Positions 1 to 9,707 are shown, numbered from the stretch's first letter. The stretch: DNA of 64,000 nucleotides from Spirochaetia bacterium (GCA_963677925.2 CAXXYH010000004.1:1536001-1600000), one strand, 5' to 3'. The notes: generated by a model not told the origin, from the sequence alone. Made by a program: numbers and translations.

Positions 1-255
1 CTTAAAGCCGGTGAAATGTTTGCTGCTCTCAATCCGAACCAGGGTCTTCAGGGATACTACGGAATGCTTCTGCTTTATCTTGCAAAGCACTCAGACATGG
101 TTGATCCGATGAATGACTACAAGGATGCAGGCTACAACCCGACCGGAATACCTCTGCTTGATAACGGCCTTGCTGTTGTAACAAAAGACAATGCTGATAA
201 CTTCTACTGGGACAAGTATCTCAAGAGAAGAGGTACCAAGGGTATCAACGAATAA
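1..255 (+). CDS. Sugar ABC transporter substrate-binding protein, C-terminal part (5' truncated by window)
   Basis: Frame open from base 1 (LKAGEMFAALNPNQ...); 'LDNGLAVVTKDNADNFY' resembles periplasmic-binding-protein C-termini; lies directly before ATPase and permease. Confidence 0.7.
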   Translation, partial: LKAGEMFAALNPNQGLQGYYGMLLLYLAKHSDMVDPMNDYKDAGYNPTGIPLLDNGLAVVTKDNADNFYWDKYLKRRGTKGINE

Positions 256-267
256 TCAGAATTTTCA

Positions 268-300
268 GGCCGTATCCTCACCTGAGGATGCGGCTTTCTT
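268..300 (+). terminator. Intercistronic stem-loop after SBP gene (partial terminator or mRNA stabiliser)
   Basis: GCCGTATCCTCA-CC-TGAGGATGCGGC followed by TTTCTT. Confidence 0.65.
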
Positions 301-322
301 ATCATTACTACGGAGGAAGTAA

Positions 323-1831
323 TTGAGTGATAATTTTGTACTGGAAGTAGAGGGTATAATAAAGGATTTTCCGGGTACACGGGCACTTGATAATGTAAGC
401 CTGGGGCTTAAAAAAGGTGAAGTTCTGGCTCTTGTAGGCGAGAACGGCGCAGGAAAATCCACCCTGATGAACATAATAGACGGTGTACTTCTTCCTGATG
501 AGGGTTCGATCCGCATAAACGGAGAAGAAGTGCAGATAAGAAATCCGCTGGATGCTCAGTTACATGGAATAGGTTTTGTCCATCAGGAAATAGCGCTTTG
601 CCAGCATGTCACTGTAGCGGAAAATGTTTTTATGGCAGAGCTTAACAATACTAAAAGTAAATTTGTTAACTACAAGGATTTATATAAAAGAGCTGCTGAA
701 ATCCTGAAGCCTCTGGGAGATGTTGATCCCCGAAAGGTTGTCAGTGAACTTTCAATATCAAAGCAGCAGATAGTAGAAATTGCGAAAGCATTAAGTCTTG
801 ACTGTAAAATACTGATTCTGGATGAGCCTACGGCCGCACTGACCGAGGCTGAAACAGATGCTCTGTTCACTATTATGAGAGAGCTCAAAAGCAAGGGGAT
901 CAGTATTATATATATAAGCCACAGGATGGCTGAAATCTTCTCACAGTGCGACAGAGTTGCGATACTAAGAGACGGCACTTACTGCGGAGAGCTTAATATT
1001 TCCGAGACTGACTCGAAGGAAGTTGTCAGCAGGATGGTCGGCCGGGAAATATCGGACCTGTATCCGCCGAAGTTTCATGGTGTTTGCACTGAGCAGGATG
1101 AACTTTTGAGGATAGAAAATTTCTCTGACGGAAACAGGTTTAAAGATATCTCCTTTACCCTGCATAAGGGAGAAATCCTGGGTCTTTCGGGACTGATAGG
1201 TGCCGGCCGAAGTGAGATAGTCAAGGCTGTATGCGGACTTTTTCCGAAAATTGAAGGCCGCACTTATTTCAACGGTAAAGAAATAAAAATCAGCAGCTAT
1301 CAGGATGCCATCAACTACGGTATAGTTTATCTCACCGAGGATCGTAAAGTGGAGGGGGTTTTCCTGGAGAAGTCCATTCAGCTTAATATCTCGGCTCTTA
1401 ACCTGGATCAGGTTTCAACAAGCGGGATGGTTGATGTTTCAAAGGAGAAGAAACAGGCAGCCGAATTTGCCGGGAAACTGAATGTTAAATATGCCAGTCT
1501 GTCTCAGCATGCTTCATCCCTGTCGGGAGGAAACCAGCAGAAGGTTCTTATTGCCAAGCTTCTTTCGGTCAATCCGAAGGTTGTAATTATGGATGAACCT
1601 ACTAGGGGTATCGATGTCGGAGCCAAATCTGAAATTCATAAGCTGATAAGAACTCTCACCTGTGAGGGAATCGGGGTTATAATGATTTCATCAGAACTGC
1701 CCGAACTGATAGGAATGAGCGATCGTGTCCTTGTTATGCACGAGGGGTCGAGCTGCGGTATTATTACCGGTGATGATATAAACGAAAAGAAAATAATCCA
1801 TATGGCTTCCGGTCTGGAAAAGATGGAATAA
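323..1831 (+). CDS. Monosaccharide ABC transporter ATP-binding protein (RbsA/MglA type, two ATPase domains)
   Basis: GENGAGKST Walker A, LILDEPT, LSGGNQQKV, DEPTRGIDVGAK; TTG start after GGAGG. Confidence 0.95.
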   Translation: MSDNFVLEVEGIIKDFPGTRALDNVSLGLKKGEVLALVGENGAGKSTLMNIIDGVLLPDEGSIRINGEEVQIRNPLDAQLHGIGFVHQEIALCQHVTVAENVFMAELNNTKSKFVNYKDLYKRAAEILKPLGDVDPRKVVSELSISKQQIVEIAKALSLDCKILILDEPTAALTEAETDALFTIMRELKSKGISIIYISHRMAEIFSQCDRVAILRDGTYCGELNISETDSKEVVSRMVGREISDLYPPKFHGVCTEQDELLRIENFSDGNRFKDISFTLHKGEILGLSGLIGAGRSEIVKAVCGLFPKIEGRTYFNGKEIKISSYQDAINYGIVYLTEDRKVEGVFLEKSIQLNISALNLDQVSTSGMVDVSKEKKQAAEFAGKLNVKYASLSQHASSLSGGNQQKVLIAKLLSVNPKVVIMDEPTRGIDVGAKSEIHKLIRTLTCEGIGVIMISSELPELIGMSDRVLVMHEGSSCGIITGDDINEKKIIHMASGLEKME

Positions 1832-1842
1832 GGGAGAAGATA

Positions 1843-2832
1843 ATGAGCGAAATTGCAAACAACCGGTTTGCTGTATTAAACCGGATTTTTACAAAGATTA
1901 AGGGCTTCAGGGAAGGAACTCTCATTCTGATTATCATAGGTGTCTGTATTCTAATGAATTTTCTGTCGCCTTATTTCATGACCTGGAACAACTGGAAGGC
2001 TATATTCCTTTCATTTGCAACCGAAGGTATCGTCGTTGTAGGAATGACTGTAATGCTGGTTCTGGGCGGAATCGACCTTTCAGTAGGTGCTGTAATGTGT
2101 CTGGCAATGTGTATTGCCGGAAAGCTTTTCCTTCTTGGTGTTGATCCCTGGGTTGCAAGTATTATTGCCCTGGTCATAACCGGCGGAATAGGTGCCATAA
2201 TGGGTATTCTTGTTACGAGGGTGGGGCTTGTGCATTTTATTACAACACTGGCATTTATGGGTATTGCCCGCGGTGCATGCTTTGTAATAACTCAGGGAAC
2301 TCCGTTGTCCCTTTTCACACTTCCCTCAAGCTTCAAGTTTCTCGGACAGGGAACAATCGGACCCTTTCCTTTTGTAATAATAATTTTTCTTGTGATAGTA
2401 ATATTCAGTGATTATATGCTTAGAAATTCAACTCTTCTACGGAAGGTTTTCTACACAGGAAGTAATGAAAAAGCTGCAAAGTTTTCAGGTATAAGAATCA
2501 ACCGGGTAAAAATCGGCGTGAGTACACTCTGCTCACTTCTTGCGGGGCTGGCCGGTATAATCTATATGGCACGTTTCGGTGCCTCTACTCCCGGATTCGG
2601 AGTAGGACTTGAAATGACTGCAATTTCCGCTGCCGTTATCGGCGGAGCCAGCCTTACCGGAGGTGAGGGAACTGTATTCGGATCAATCCTTGGAATCGCC
2701 CTTCTTTCAATCATAACCAGTTCACTTATTCTTCTTGATGTATCTGTTTACTGGCAGGATCTTATTAAGGGTATTATTCTTCTTTTTGCAGTATCAATAG
2801 ACCATCTGCAGCATATAAAGAGACAGGCATAA
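1843..2832 (+). CDS. Monosaccharide ABC transporter permease (RbsC type)
   Basis: GGIDLSVG, AAVIGGASLTGGEGT, many hydrophobic helices. Confidence 0.95.
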   Translation: MSEIANNRFAVLNRIFTKIKGFREGTLILIIIGVCILMNFLSPYFMTWNNWKAIFLSFATEGIVVVGMTVMLVLGGIDLSVGAVMCLAMCIAGKLFLLGVDPWVASIIALVITGGIGAIMGILVTRVGLVHFITTLAFMGIARGACFVITQGTPLSLFTLPSSFKFLGQGTIGPFPFVIIIFLVIVIFSDYMLRNSTLLRKVFYTGSNEKAAKFSGIRINRVKIGVSTLCSLLAGLAGIIYMARFGASTPGFGVGLEMTAISAAVIGGASLTGGEGTVFGSILGIALLSIITSSLILLDVSVYWQDLIKGIILLFAVSIDHLQHIKRQA

Positions 2833-2965
2833 GGAGCAAAAATCAAAACTTATAAGGTTTTGATTATTAACAGGAGTTTTTTGTAACTCTGGACAGATAA
2901 AAGAGAGCATATTGTTGCAAAAAGCTCCATTTCTACTATTTCCGGAGCGGGTGAAATTAAAGTGC

Positions 2966-3010
2966 GGCCTTTTTGATACATTTATTGTATTAAGAAGGTC
3001 CTTTTTTTTT
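2966..3010 (+). terminator. Intrinsic terminator upstream of the trp promoter
   Basis: GGCCTTTTTGATAC pairs with GTATTAAGAAGGTC (G-U pairs), then 9 T. Confidence 0.7.
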
Positions 3011-3019
3011 ATCTGCTTC

Positions 3020-3048
3020 TTGACAGTTTAAGATAAAAACTCTATGTT
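3020..3048 (+). promoter_or_regulatory. Sigma70-type promoter of trp operon
   Basis: TTGACA-17 bp-TATGTT, 45 bp before the trpE ATG. Confidence 0.65.
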
Positions 3049-3081
3049 TCTATATACAATAACGTTTCTATAGGTAGAAAC
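3046..3081. promoter_or_regulatory. Candidate tandem operator (two 18-bp GTTTCTA-N4-TAGAAAC-like sites)
   Basis: GTTTCTATATACAATAAC directly followed by the inverted repeat GTTTCTA-TAGG-TAGAAAC, spanning -10 to RBS. Confidence 0.5.
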
Positions 3082-3092
3082 CGGGAGATTTT

Positions 3093-4493
3093 ATGCGACA
3101 GATGCACATGGTCAAAAAAATACCGGGCGAGAAGTTTACACCCTTTGCCCTCGCGCAGAAGCTTAATGCTGCTGTAATACTTGAATCATCATCGCTGAGC
3201 AAGGGACGTGAGAGATATTCCATCCTTCTTATCAAAGAAGCATTCCGTATTGTTCAGAAAGGAACAGACTGCGCACTTGTTACGAAAGACGGCCGGAAGA
3301 AAAAGATAGTCAACGGCGGCCGCGATATTCTTGATTCAGTGAAGAAATTTGCCCTTTTTCACAAGGGCGTTGAACACGATTTTCCCTTTCCCTCCGGCGG
3401 AATAGGCTTTTTATCATTCGAGTTCGCAAGGTTCTGTGATGACATAAACTTTGTTGAACGCTCGGATCAGCTCGGACTTCCTGATGCCTGCTTTCTCTTC
3501 GGAAACGATTTTCTTATCTTCGATCACTACACTGATGAAATCTACATCCTGATTATCAACTACCCCGGATACGAGGTCGATCTCGAGAAGGAACTTAAGA
3601 AAGTAGAAAGCAAGATATTTGATCTCAACTTCAACTACATGGCTGAACCGCCGCAGACGGACCCTGCTGAAATTGTTTCATCGAAGGCCGTAGAAGAGGA
3701 ATACAAAAAGAATGTCGGGATAATCCGGGATGAGGTGATTAAGGGGAATCTTCTTCAGGGTGTACCTTCCCGAAGGCTTGAGATAAAAACCGATATGAAG
3801 GCAATTGATGCATACCGCAATCTTCGCTCATCAAATCCATCCCCCTATCTTTTCTTTCTGGATTTCGGCGAGTACCAGCTCTACGGAGCTTCACCCGAGG
3901 TTCATATCAAAGTGAAAAACGGCAAAGTAACTATCCGTCCGATAGCGGGTACCCGTCGAAGAGGTAAGAACGAAGCCGAGGATATTGCTCTGGCTGATGA
4001 ACTTCTGGCAGATGAAAAGGAACGTGCGGAACATCTTATGCTAATAGATCTTGCCCGTAACGACCTTGGTAGGGTATGTAAAACCGGAACTGTAAAAGTA
4101 ACTGAATACATGGTGATAGAGAAATACTCCAAGGTGATGCATATAGTCTCTCAGGTTGAAGGTGAGCTTCGGGATGATAAGGACAGCACAGATGCCGTCA
4201 GGGCAAGCTTTCCGGCGGGAACCGTCTCCGGCGCACCCAAGATCCAGGCTATAGAAACCATCTCCAGAATTGAAAAATTCAACCGCAGCTTTTATGCCGG
4301 CCTTGTCGGTTATATGGATTCTTCGGGAGACATAGATACATGTATAACTATCCGCAGCGGACTCAAGCGGCACGACAGGCTCTATCTGCAGGCGGGCGGC
4401 GGCATCGTTTTTGATTCCAACCCGGAACGCGAACTTGAAGAAACCAATGAAAAACTAAGGGCGGCCGCTCTTGCCGCCGGAATACAGGTGTGA
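3093..4493 (+). CDS. trpE: Anthranilate synthase component I
   Basis: ILESS, NPSPY, RPIAGTRRRG, AEHLMLIDLARNDL, FPAGTVSGAPK. Confidence 0.95.
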   Translation: MRQMHMVKKIPGEKFTPFALAQKLNAAVILESSSLSKGRERYSILLIKEAFRIVQKGTDCALVTKDGRKKKIVNGGRDILDSVKKFALFHKGVEHDFPFPSGGIGFLSFEFARFCDDINFVERSDQLGLPDACFLFGNDFLIFDHYTDEIYILIINYPGYEVDLEKELKKVESKIFDLNFNYMAEPPQTDPAEIVSSKAVEEEYKKNVGIIRDEVIKGNLLQGVPSRRLEIKTDMKAIDAYRNLRSSNPSPYLFFLDFGEYQLYGASPEVHIKVKNGKVTIRPIAGTRRRGKNEAEDIALADELLADEKERAEHLMLIDLARNDLGRVCKTGTVKVTEYMVIEKYSKVMHIVSQVEGELRDDKDSTDAVRASFPAGTVSGAPKIQAIETISRIEKFNRSFYAGLVGYMDSSGDIDTCITIRSGLKRHDRLYLQAGGGIVFDSNPERELEETNEKLRAAALAAGIQV

Positions 4494-4502
4494 GGCAGGA
4501 AT

Positions 4503-6116
4503 ATGATTGTAATAATTGATAACTATGATTCTTTCACGTACAACGTCTTTCAGGAACTTTCAAAGCTGACCGAGACCCCGGTACAGGTTTTCAGAAACAA
4601 CAGGATTACTGTTAAGGAAATTGAAGAAATGAATCCTGAAAGCCTGATAATCTCACCGGGCCCCGGAACTCCTGCAGATGCAGGTATTTCCATCGAGGCT
4701 ATCAAACACTTTGCCGGGAAGATTCCAATCCTGGGCATCTGCCTTGGACATCAGGCTATCGCCGAAAGTTTCGGCGGGCGGATAGTCAGTGCGCAGAATA
4801 TCGTTCACGGAAAGGTTGAAAACATATCGCTGGACGGAAGGGGACTTTTCAGAAACCTCCCGGTATCAGCCGATTTCACGCGCTATCATTCACTTGCTGC
4901 CGAACGCTCAACCCTGCCGGAATGCCTGGAGATTACCGCCGAGAGCGCCGACGGCGAAATAATGGGGCTTAGGCACAAGGATTATGTGATTGAAGGTGTC
5001 CAGTTTCACCCTGAATCAATCGGATGTATTGATGCAGGTAAAATTATTTTAAAGAATTTTCTGAGGTACAAGCTTGAACCTCTGGATAAGACAGCCCTGC
5101 TGGTCAAGGTTCAGAAGGGTGAGGATTTAAGCAGGAAGGAAGCGGCCGACTTCATGGATGAGCTTACCGAAGGCTCGCTTAATCCCGCCTATACAGCGGC
5201 TGTTCTGTCGGCGCTGAACTGCAAGGGAATTGCTGCTGATGAAATCGCCGGATGCGCAGAGGTCCTCAAACGCAAGAAGGTTCATCTTGAAACTTCCTCT
5301 GATGTTCTTGATATAGTCGGCACCGGCGGCGACGGGCACCATACTTTCAATATCAGTTCTCTCTCTGCTCTTATACTTGCCGCGTCAGGAATCACGGTTG
5401 CAAAGCATGGCAACCGTGCAGTAAGTTCAAAAAGCGGAAGCGCCGATTTCTACCGGGAAATGGGAATCCGCTATAACATGAGCCCTGAAAAATCGGCTGA
5501 ACTTCTTGAAAAAGAACAGTTTGCCTTTCTGTTTGCCCCCCTCTTTCACAAGGCTATGGCCCATGCGGCTCCGGTACGAAGAGAAATGGGCGTTAAAACA
5601 ATAATGAACCTGCTCGGCCCACTGGTTAACCCCGCCGAGGCTGCCTATCTGCTTATCGGTGTATATGACAATGAGCTCTGTCCGGTGATGGCAAGAGCTA
5701 TGAAGATGCTCGGAGCAAAACGTGTAATGACGGTCCACAGCAATGACGGACTTGATGAGATCTCGCCGGCAGCACCGACAAGGATATTCATGATTGATGA
5801 TGCCGGTGTTGAGACTGATTATATTTTTGATCCGAAGGACGCCGGAATCGAAGGGTTTACACTCGAAGATCTGAAAGGCGGACTTGCCGATGAAAATGCC
5901 GTTATCGGCAGAAGTATAGTCGAAGGCAGCGGGCCCGCAGCAATAAAAGCAGCCTGTCTGCTCAATGCCGGAGCTGCTATGGTTGTGACCGGTAATGCCG
6001 AATCCATTATAGAAGGATATGAGAAGGCCAAAAAGGTTCTTGAATCCGGAGCTGTTAAGAAGAAGCTTGAGTCTCTAATCAGAAGCAGTATTCTGCTGGA
6101 GGAAAGAGTTGACTGA
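4503..6116 (+). CDS. trpGD: Bifunctional anthranilate synthase component II / anthranilate phosphoribosyltransferase
   Basis: IDNYDSFTYN, GICLGHQ, QFHPES (glutamine amidotransferase); DIVGTGGDG, KHGNRAVSSKSGSAD (TrpD). Confidence 0.95.
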   Translation: MIVIIDNYDSFTYNVFQELSKLTETPVQVFRNNRITVKEIEEMNPESLIISPGPGTPADAGISIEAIKHFAGKIPILGICLGHQAIAESFGGRIVSAQNIVHGKVENISLDGRGLFRNLPVSADFTRYHSLAAERSTLPECLEITAESADGEIMGLRHKDYVIEGVQFHPESIGCIDAGKIILKNFLRYKLEPLDKTALLVKVQKGEDLSRKEAADFMDELTEGSLNPAYTAAVLSALNCKGIAADEIAGCAEVLKRKKVHLETSSDVLDIVGTGGDGHHTFNISSLSALILAASGITVAKHGNRAVSSKSGSADFYREMGIRYNMSPEKSAELLEKEQFAFLFAPLFHKAMAHAAPVRREMGVKTIMNLLGPLVNPAEAAYLLIGVYDNELCPVMARAMKMLGAKRVMTVHSNDGLDEISPAAPTRIFMIDDAGVETDYIFDPKDAGIEGFTLEDLKGGLADENAVIGRSIVEGSGPAAIKAACLLNAGAAMVVTGNAESIIEGYEKAKKVLESGAVKKKLESLIRSSILLEERVD

Positions 6117-7572
6117 CATGAGCATGGATGACAGGATGAAGGCGTCTCGGGATATCAGAGCCGAAATAACTGCCCGGAGGATTGAGGATATAAAAAGGCT
6201 TGGCCCATCACAGGGAATTGAGCTGCCCGAAGAACGTGAAGTTCCCCTGACTTCCTTCCTGGGCATATCTCCGGTTATCTGTGAGATAAAACGTAAATCT
6301 CCGTCAGTAAAGAATATAGACACCTCACTTGATCCGGTAGAGCTTGCAAGAAAATACTACAAGGCGGGTATCCGTAATATCAGTATTCTTACTGAGCAGA
6401 ACTACTTCGGAGGTTCGCTTACCGATTTGATTAAGGTTAAGAAAGCCTTTCCGCATGTAGCGGTTCTGCGAAAAGATTTCCTGGTCAGTGTAGAGGATAT
6501 CGACATCAGCTACCGGGCGGGTGCAGATGCCTGTCTGCTTATTGCTTCACTGCTTGAGACCGATGTGCTTACCGCTATGCATAAGCGCTGTGGTGAACTT
6601 GGAATTACCGCGCTGGTTGAGCTTCATGACCAGGATGATGTGATTAAGGCTGAAAACTTTAAACCGGAGCTGACCGGAATAAACAGCCGTAACCTGAAGA
6701 CCTTTACTATTGATCCTCTTCAGCCGCTTAAAATAAGATCGTTGATCAACTGGCCTTGCAGGGTTGTTTATGAATCAGGAATAAAAACCGGATACGATAT
6801 TGATTTTGTATCCGGAAGCGGATTCGGCGGAGTGCTGGTAGGTGAGTCGGCAGTGAAAAACCCAGATTTTACAAAAACTCTTCTTGAGCGGTTTATTCCT
6901 GAATGCGCCAACGGCAGATTTGCTTTCTGGACTGAACTTTGCAACCGGTACAGGCCCGGCAGGCCTCTTGTCAAAATCTGCGGAATCACTAAGCGCAAGG
7001 ATTTGATTAAGGTAAAGGAGCTTGGTGCTGATATGGCGGGTTTCATACTTGCAGATTCGCCCCGTAGGGTAGATGCCGATTTTATAAACTCCTGCAGTGA
7101 TCTAGGAATTATGAAAGTCGGTGTTGTTGTTCTTAAGCGGGACGAAGAGCTTCCGCAGCAGTACATCGAACTGCTTGAGTCTGGCACTCTTGATGCGATT
7201 CAGTTTCACGGCGATGAGGGGCCGGAGATATATTTAAAGTATCCGGGGTATAAGGCCTTCCGTATCAAGGATAAGGATGCTGCCGCTGCTGCTGCAGAGG
7301 CTCCGGGAGCCGCAGTGCTTATTGATGCATTCAGTAAAGAAGCTCACGGCGGAACCGGAAAGCAGATTGATTCTGAATACGTATCGGCAGTAGCCGGAAA
7401 GCGGGCGCTCTGGCTTGCAGGCGGAATAAACCCGGATAATGTCTGCGGATTAATCCGTGAATACAGCCCGGCCCTGATCGATATCTCAAGCGGAGTCGAA
7501 TCTGCTCCCGGAATAAAAGATCATCAAAAACTTGAAGAGCTGTTTCAGCAGATAGAACAAGGAGTAGGCTGA
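6109..7572 (+). CDS. trpCF: Bifunctional indole-3-glycerol-phosphate synthase / phosphoribosylanthranilate isomerase
   Basis: EIKRKSPS, LRKDF, GINSRNL (TrpC); VKICGIT, QFHGDE, LAGGINPDNV, DISSGVE (TrpF). Confidence 0.93.
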   Translation: MTDMSMDDRMKASRDIRAEITARRIEDIKRLGPSQGIELPEEREVPLTSFLGISPVICEIKRKSPSVKNIDTSLDPVELARKYYKAGIRNISILTEQNYFGGSLTDLIKVKKAFPHVAVLRKDFLVSVEDIDISYRAGADACLLIASLLETDVLTAMHKRCGELGITALVELHDQDDVIKAENFKPELTGINSRNLKTFTIDPLQPLKIRSLINWPCRVVYESGIKTGYDIDFVSGSGFGGVLVGESAVKNPDFTKTLLERFIPECANGRFAFWTELCNRYRPGRPLVKICGITKRKDLIKVKELGADMAGFILADSPRRVDADFINSCSDLGIMKVGVVVLKRDEELPQQYIELLESGTLDAIQFHGDEGPEIYLKYPGYKAFRIKDKDAAAAAAEAPGAAVLIDAFSKEAHGGTGKQIDSEYVSAVAGKRALWLAGGINPDNVCGLIREYSPALIDISSGVESAPGIKDHQKLEELFQQIEQGVG

Positions 7573-7573
7573 T

Positions 7574-8788
7574 ATGGAAAAATACAATAATTACTTCGGA
7601 GATTTCGGCGGACGTTATGTTCCTGAAGTTCTGCGAAAGCCTCACGAGGAACTTGAAGCTGCATACCTCAAAGCAATCAGCGACCCTGAGTTTATTGCTG
7701 ATTTTAAGAAGTTTCAGAAAGAATTTATCGGCCGTCCCACGCCGCTGCTTCATGCAGTAAATGCCACAAAGGCACTTGGCGGCGCGGATATCTACATCAA
7801 GCTTGAGGGGCTTGCCAATACCGGCGCCCACAAAATCAACAATGCGGCCGGTCAGGCTCTGCTTGCTAAGCGTATGGGCAAGACCCGGGTAATAGCCGAA
7901 ACCGGCGCCGGGCAGCACGGTGTTGCTACGGCATCAGCCTGTGCCCGCCTTGGACTTGAATGCGTTATCTACATGGGAACCGAGGATATGCGCCGCCAGC
8001 GGCCGAACGTTTACTGGATGGAGCTTTTCGGAGCCGAGGTCCGCGGGGTCGATTCGGGCAGCTGTACCCTGAAAGACGCTGTTAACGAAGCCTTCCGCGA
8101 CTGGACTGCAAGCTACAGCAATACCCACTATCTGCTCGGTTCCGCCCTCGGTCCGTCCCCCTATCCTGATATGGTGCGCGAGTTTCAGTCGGTAATAGGA
8201 ACCGAAGTGACCGAGCAGGCTGACTTTAAAATTGATGCGATGGTTGCCTGTGTCGGCGGCGGATCAAACGCAATTGGTTTTTTCAGCCCCTTTCTTGAAA
8301 AGGATGAACCGAGGCTTATCGGAGTTGAAGCCGGAGGCCGCGGAAACGGCTGGGGCAATAACGCTGTCCGCATGGACGACTCCGGAAAGCCGGGCATCGT
8401 TCAGGGCTACAAGAGTTTCTTCCTTGTCGATGATGACGGACAGGTGCTTCCTACCCATTCAATCTCCGCCGGTCTGGATTATCCCGGAATTGGTCCCCAG
8501 CTGGCTCACCTTGGAAATGCCGGAAGAATTGAGTTCAGAAGCGCAACCGATACAGAGGCTCTTGATGCCCTTAAGTTTTTCGCAAAGCACGAGGGCGTTA
8601 TTTTTGCGATGGAATCCTCACATGCCGGTGCCGGAGCCATGAACCTTGCAAGGGAGCTTGGGCCGGGTAAAAATATAATTGTGAACATGTCGGGAAGGGG
8701 AGACAAGGATATCTTTATTTCTGCTCCTGTGCTCGACGGCACGAACTGGAAGGAATACCTGATTGAAGAAAGCGGGAGGATTAAATGA
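7574..8788 (+). CDS. trpB: Tryptophan synthase beta chain
   Basis: GAHKINN (PLP lysine), AETGAGQHG, GGGSNA, SAGLDYPG, SGRGDKD. Confidence 0.98.
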   Translation: MEKYNNYFGDFGGRYVPEVLRKPHEELEAAYLKAISDPEFIADFKKFQKEFIGRPTPLLHAVNATKALGGADIYIKLEGLANTGAHKINNAAGQALLAKRMGKTRVIAETGAGQHGVATASACARLGLECVIYMGTEDMRRQRPNVYWMELFGAEVRGVDSGSCTLKDAVNEAFRDWTASYSNTHYLLGSALGPSPYPDMVREFQSVIGTEVTEQADFKIDAMVACVGGGSNAIGFFSPFLEKDEPRLIGVEAGGRGNGWGNNAVRMDDSGKPGIVQGYKSFFLVDDDGQVLPTHSISAGLDYPGIGPQLAHLGNAGRIEFRSATDTEALDALKFFAKHEGVIFAMESSHAGAGAMNLARELGPGKNIIVNMSGRGDKDIFISAPVLDGTNWKEYLIEESGRIK

Positions 8789-9525
8789 AACTTGTAACAC
8801 ACTTTATTGCCGGCTACCCGGATATTGAATCATCCTTTCAGACTGCCGCCGGTCTTATTGACGGCGGAGCATACACTCTTGAAATGCAGATTCCATACAG
8901 CGACCCCTCTGCGGATGGTCCTGTTATCGAGCTTGCCTGCCGGAAGTCACTCGAGAAGGGCTTCAGGGTTTCAGATGCCTTTGAGCTGGTGAAGCGCATT
9001 AAAGATTATGCTGATGTACCGGTCTATATAATGAGCTACTCAGGAATAGTCTACAATATGGGCGTCGAAGCCTTTGTTAAGAAAGCAGTTGAATACAATG
9101 TGACCGGACTGATAATTCCCGACCTTACACCCGGAATGGATGAAGGACTGTATGATGCCGGACGTAAAGCTGGAATCAATGTTGTTCCGGTAGTTGTTCC
9201 TGATGTTTCACCTGAACGTCTTGAATCGATAATGGCTGAAAAGCCCGAGTGGGTTTACGTGGCACTCAGAAGCGGAATAACCGGTCAGGAAACAAAACTC
9301 GATTCATTCAACCTCGGCTTTCTTGACCAGGTAAAAAAGTACGATGTAAACATCATGGCCGGTTTCGGAATAAAAACAGCGGCCCAGGTTAAAACTCTTG
9401 AAGCCCACTGCAACGCTGCAATCGTAGGCTCGCATATTGTTAAGTCCGTAACTGAAGAATACGCCGCAGGCGGAGATATTAAGGCTAGGGTCTGCTCGGT
9501 TGTTAAGGAACTGCTGGGGGAGTAA
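8785..9525 (+). CDS. trpA: Tryptophan synthase alpha chain
   Basis: LEMQIPYSDPSADGPVI, GITG, GFGI, IVGS; 4-nt overlap with trpB. Confidence 0.96.
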   Translation: MKLVTHFIAGYPDIESSFQTAAGLIDGGAYTLEMQIPYSDPSADGPVIELACRKSLEKGFRVSDAFELVKRIKDYADVPVYIMSYSGIVYNMGVEAFVKKAVEYNVTGLIIPDLTPGMDEGLYDAGRKAGINVVPVVVPDVSPERLESIMAEKPEWVYVALRSGITGQETKLDSFNLGFLDQVKKYDVNIMAGFGIKTAAQVKTLEAHCNAAIVGSHIVKSVTEEYAAGGDIKARVCSVVKELLGE

Positions 9526-9552
9526 AATACACAGACTGCATAACATCTATAG

Positions 9553-9591
9553 AAAAGAGGCTGATTCTCAGGAAATCAGCCTCTTTTTTTT
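9553..9591 (+). terminator. trp operon intrinsic terminator
   Basis: AAAAGAGGCTGATT...AATCAGCCTCTTTTTTTT. Confidence 0.9.
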
Positions 9592-9614
9592 GTCAAAATT
9601 TGACTATAAAAAAA

Positions 9615-9643
9615 TTGACAGATTTTATCTCTGGCCATATAAT
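9615..9643 (+). promoter_or_regulatory. Consensus sigma70 promoter of the SorC sugar operon
   Basis: TTGACA-17 bp-TATAAT, exact consensus. Confidence 0.85.
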
Positions 9644-9653
9644 AAATTTAAAA

Positions 9654-9692
9654 ATAACATATATGTTATAAATAACAAACAGATTTGTTATT
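9654..9692. promoter_or_regulatory. Two palindromic operator candidates with ATAACA/TGTTAT half-sites
   Basis: ATAACATATATGTTAT (9654-9669, perfect) and AATAACAAA-CAGA-TTTGTTATT (9671-9692). Confidence 0.65.
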
Positions 9693-9707
9693 TCTCAGGA
9701 GAATGAT

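Noticed and set aside
2833-3092. T-box or leader-peptide attenuator for trp
   Set aside because: No T-box GGTGG-ACC bulge and no Trp-codon ORF; the terminator lies upstream of the likely promoter
7278-7297. GCT/GCC run in trpCF as a tandem repeat
   Set aside because: Just an in-frame poly-Ala stretch
7331-7918. Long antisense and alternate-frame ORFs (also 36926-37480, 48657-49187, 51044-51616)
   Set aside because: Shadows of well-supported genes, with no RBS or motifs noticed
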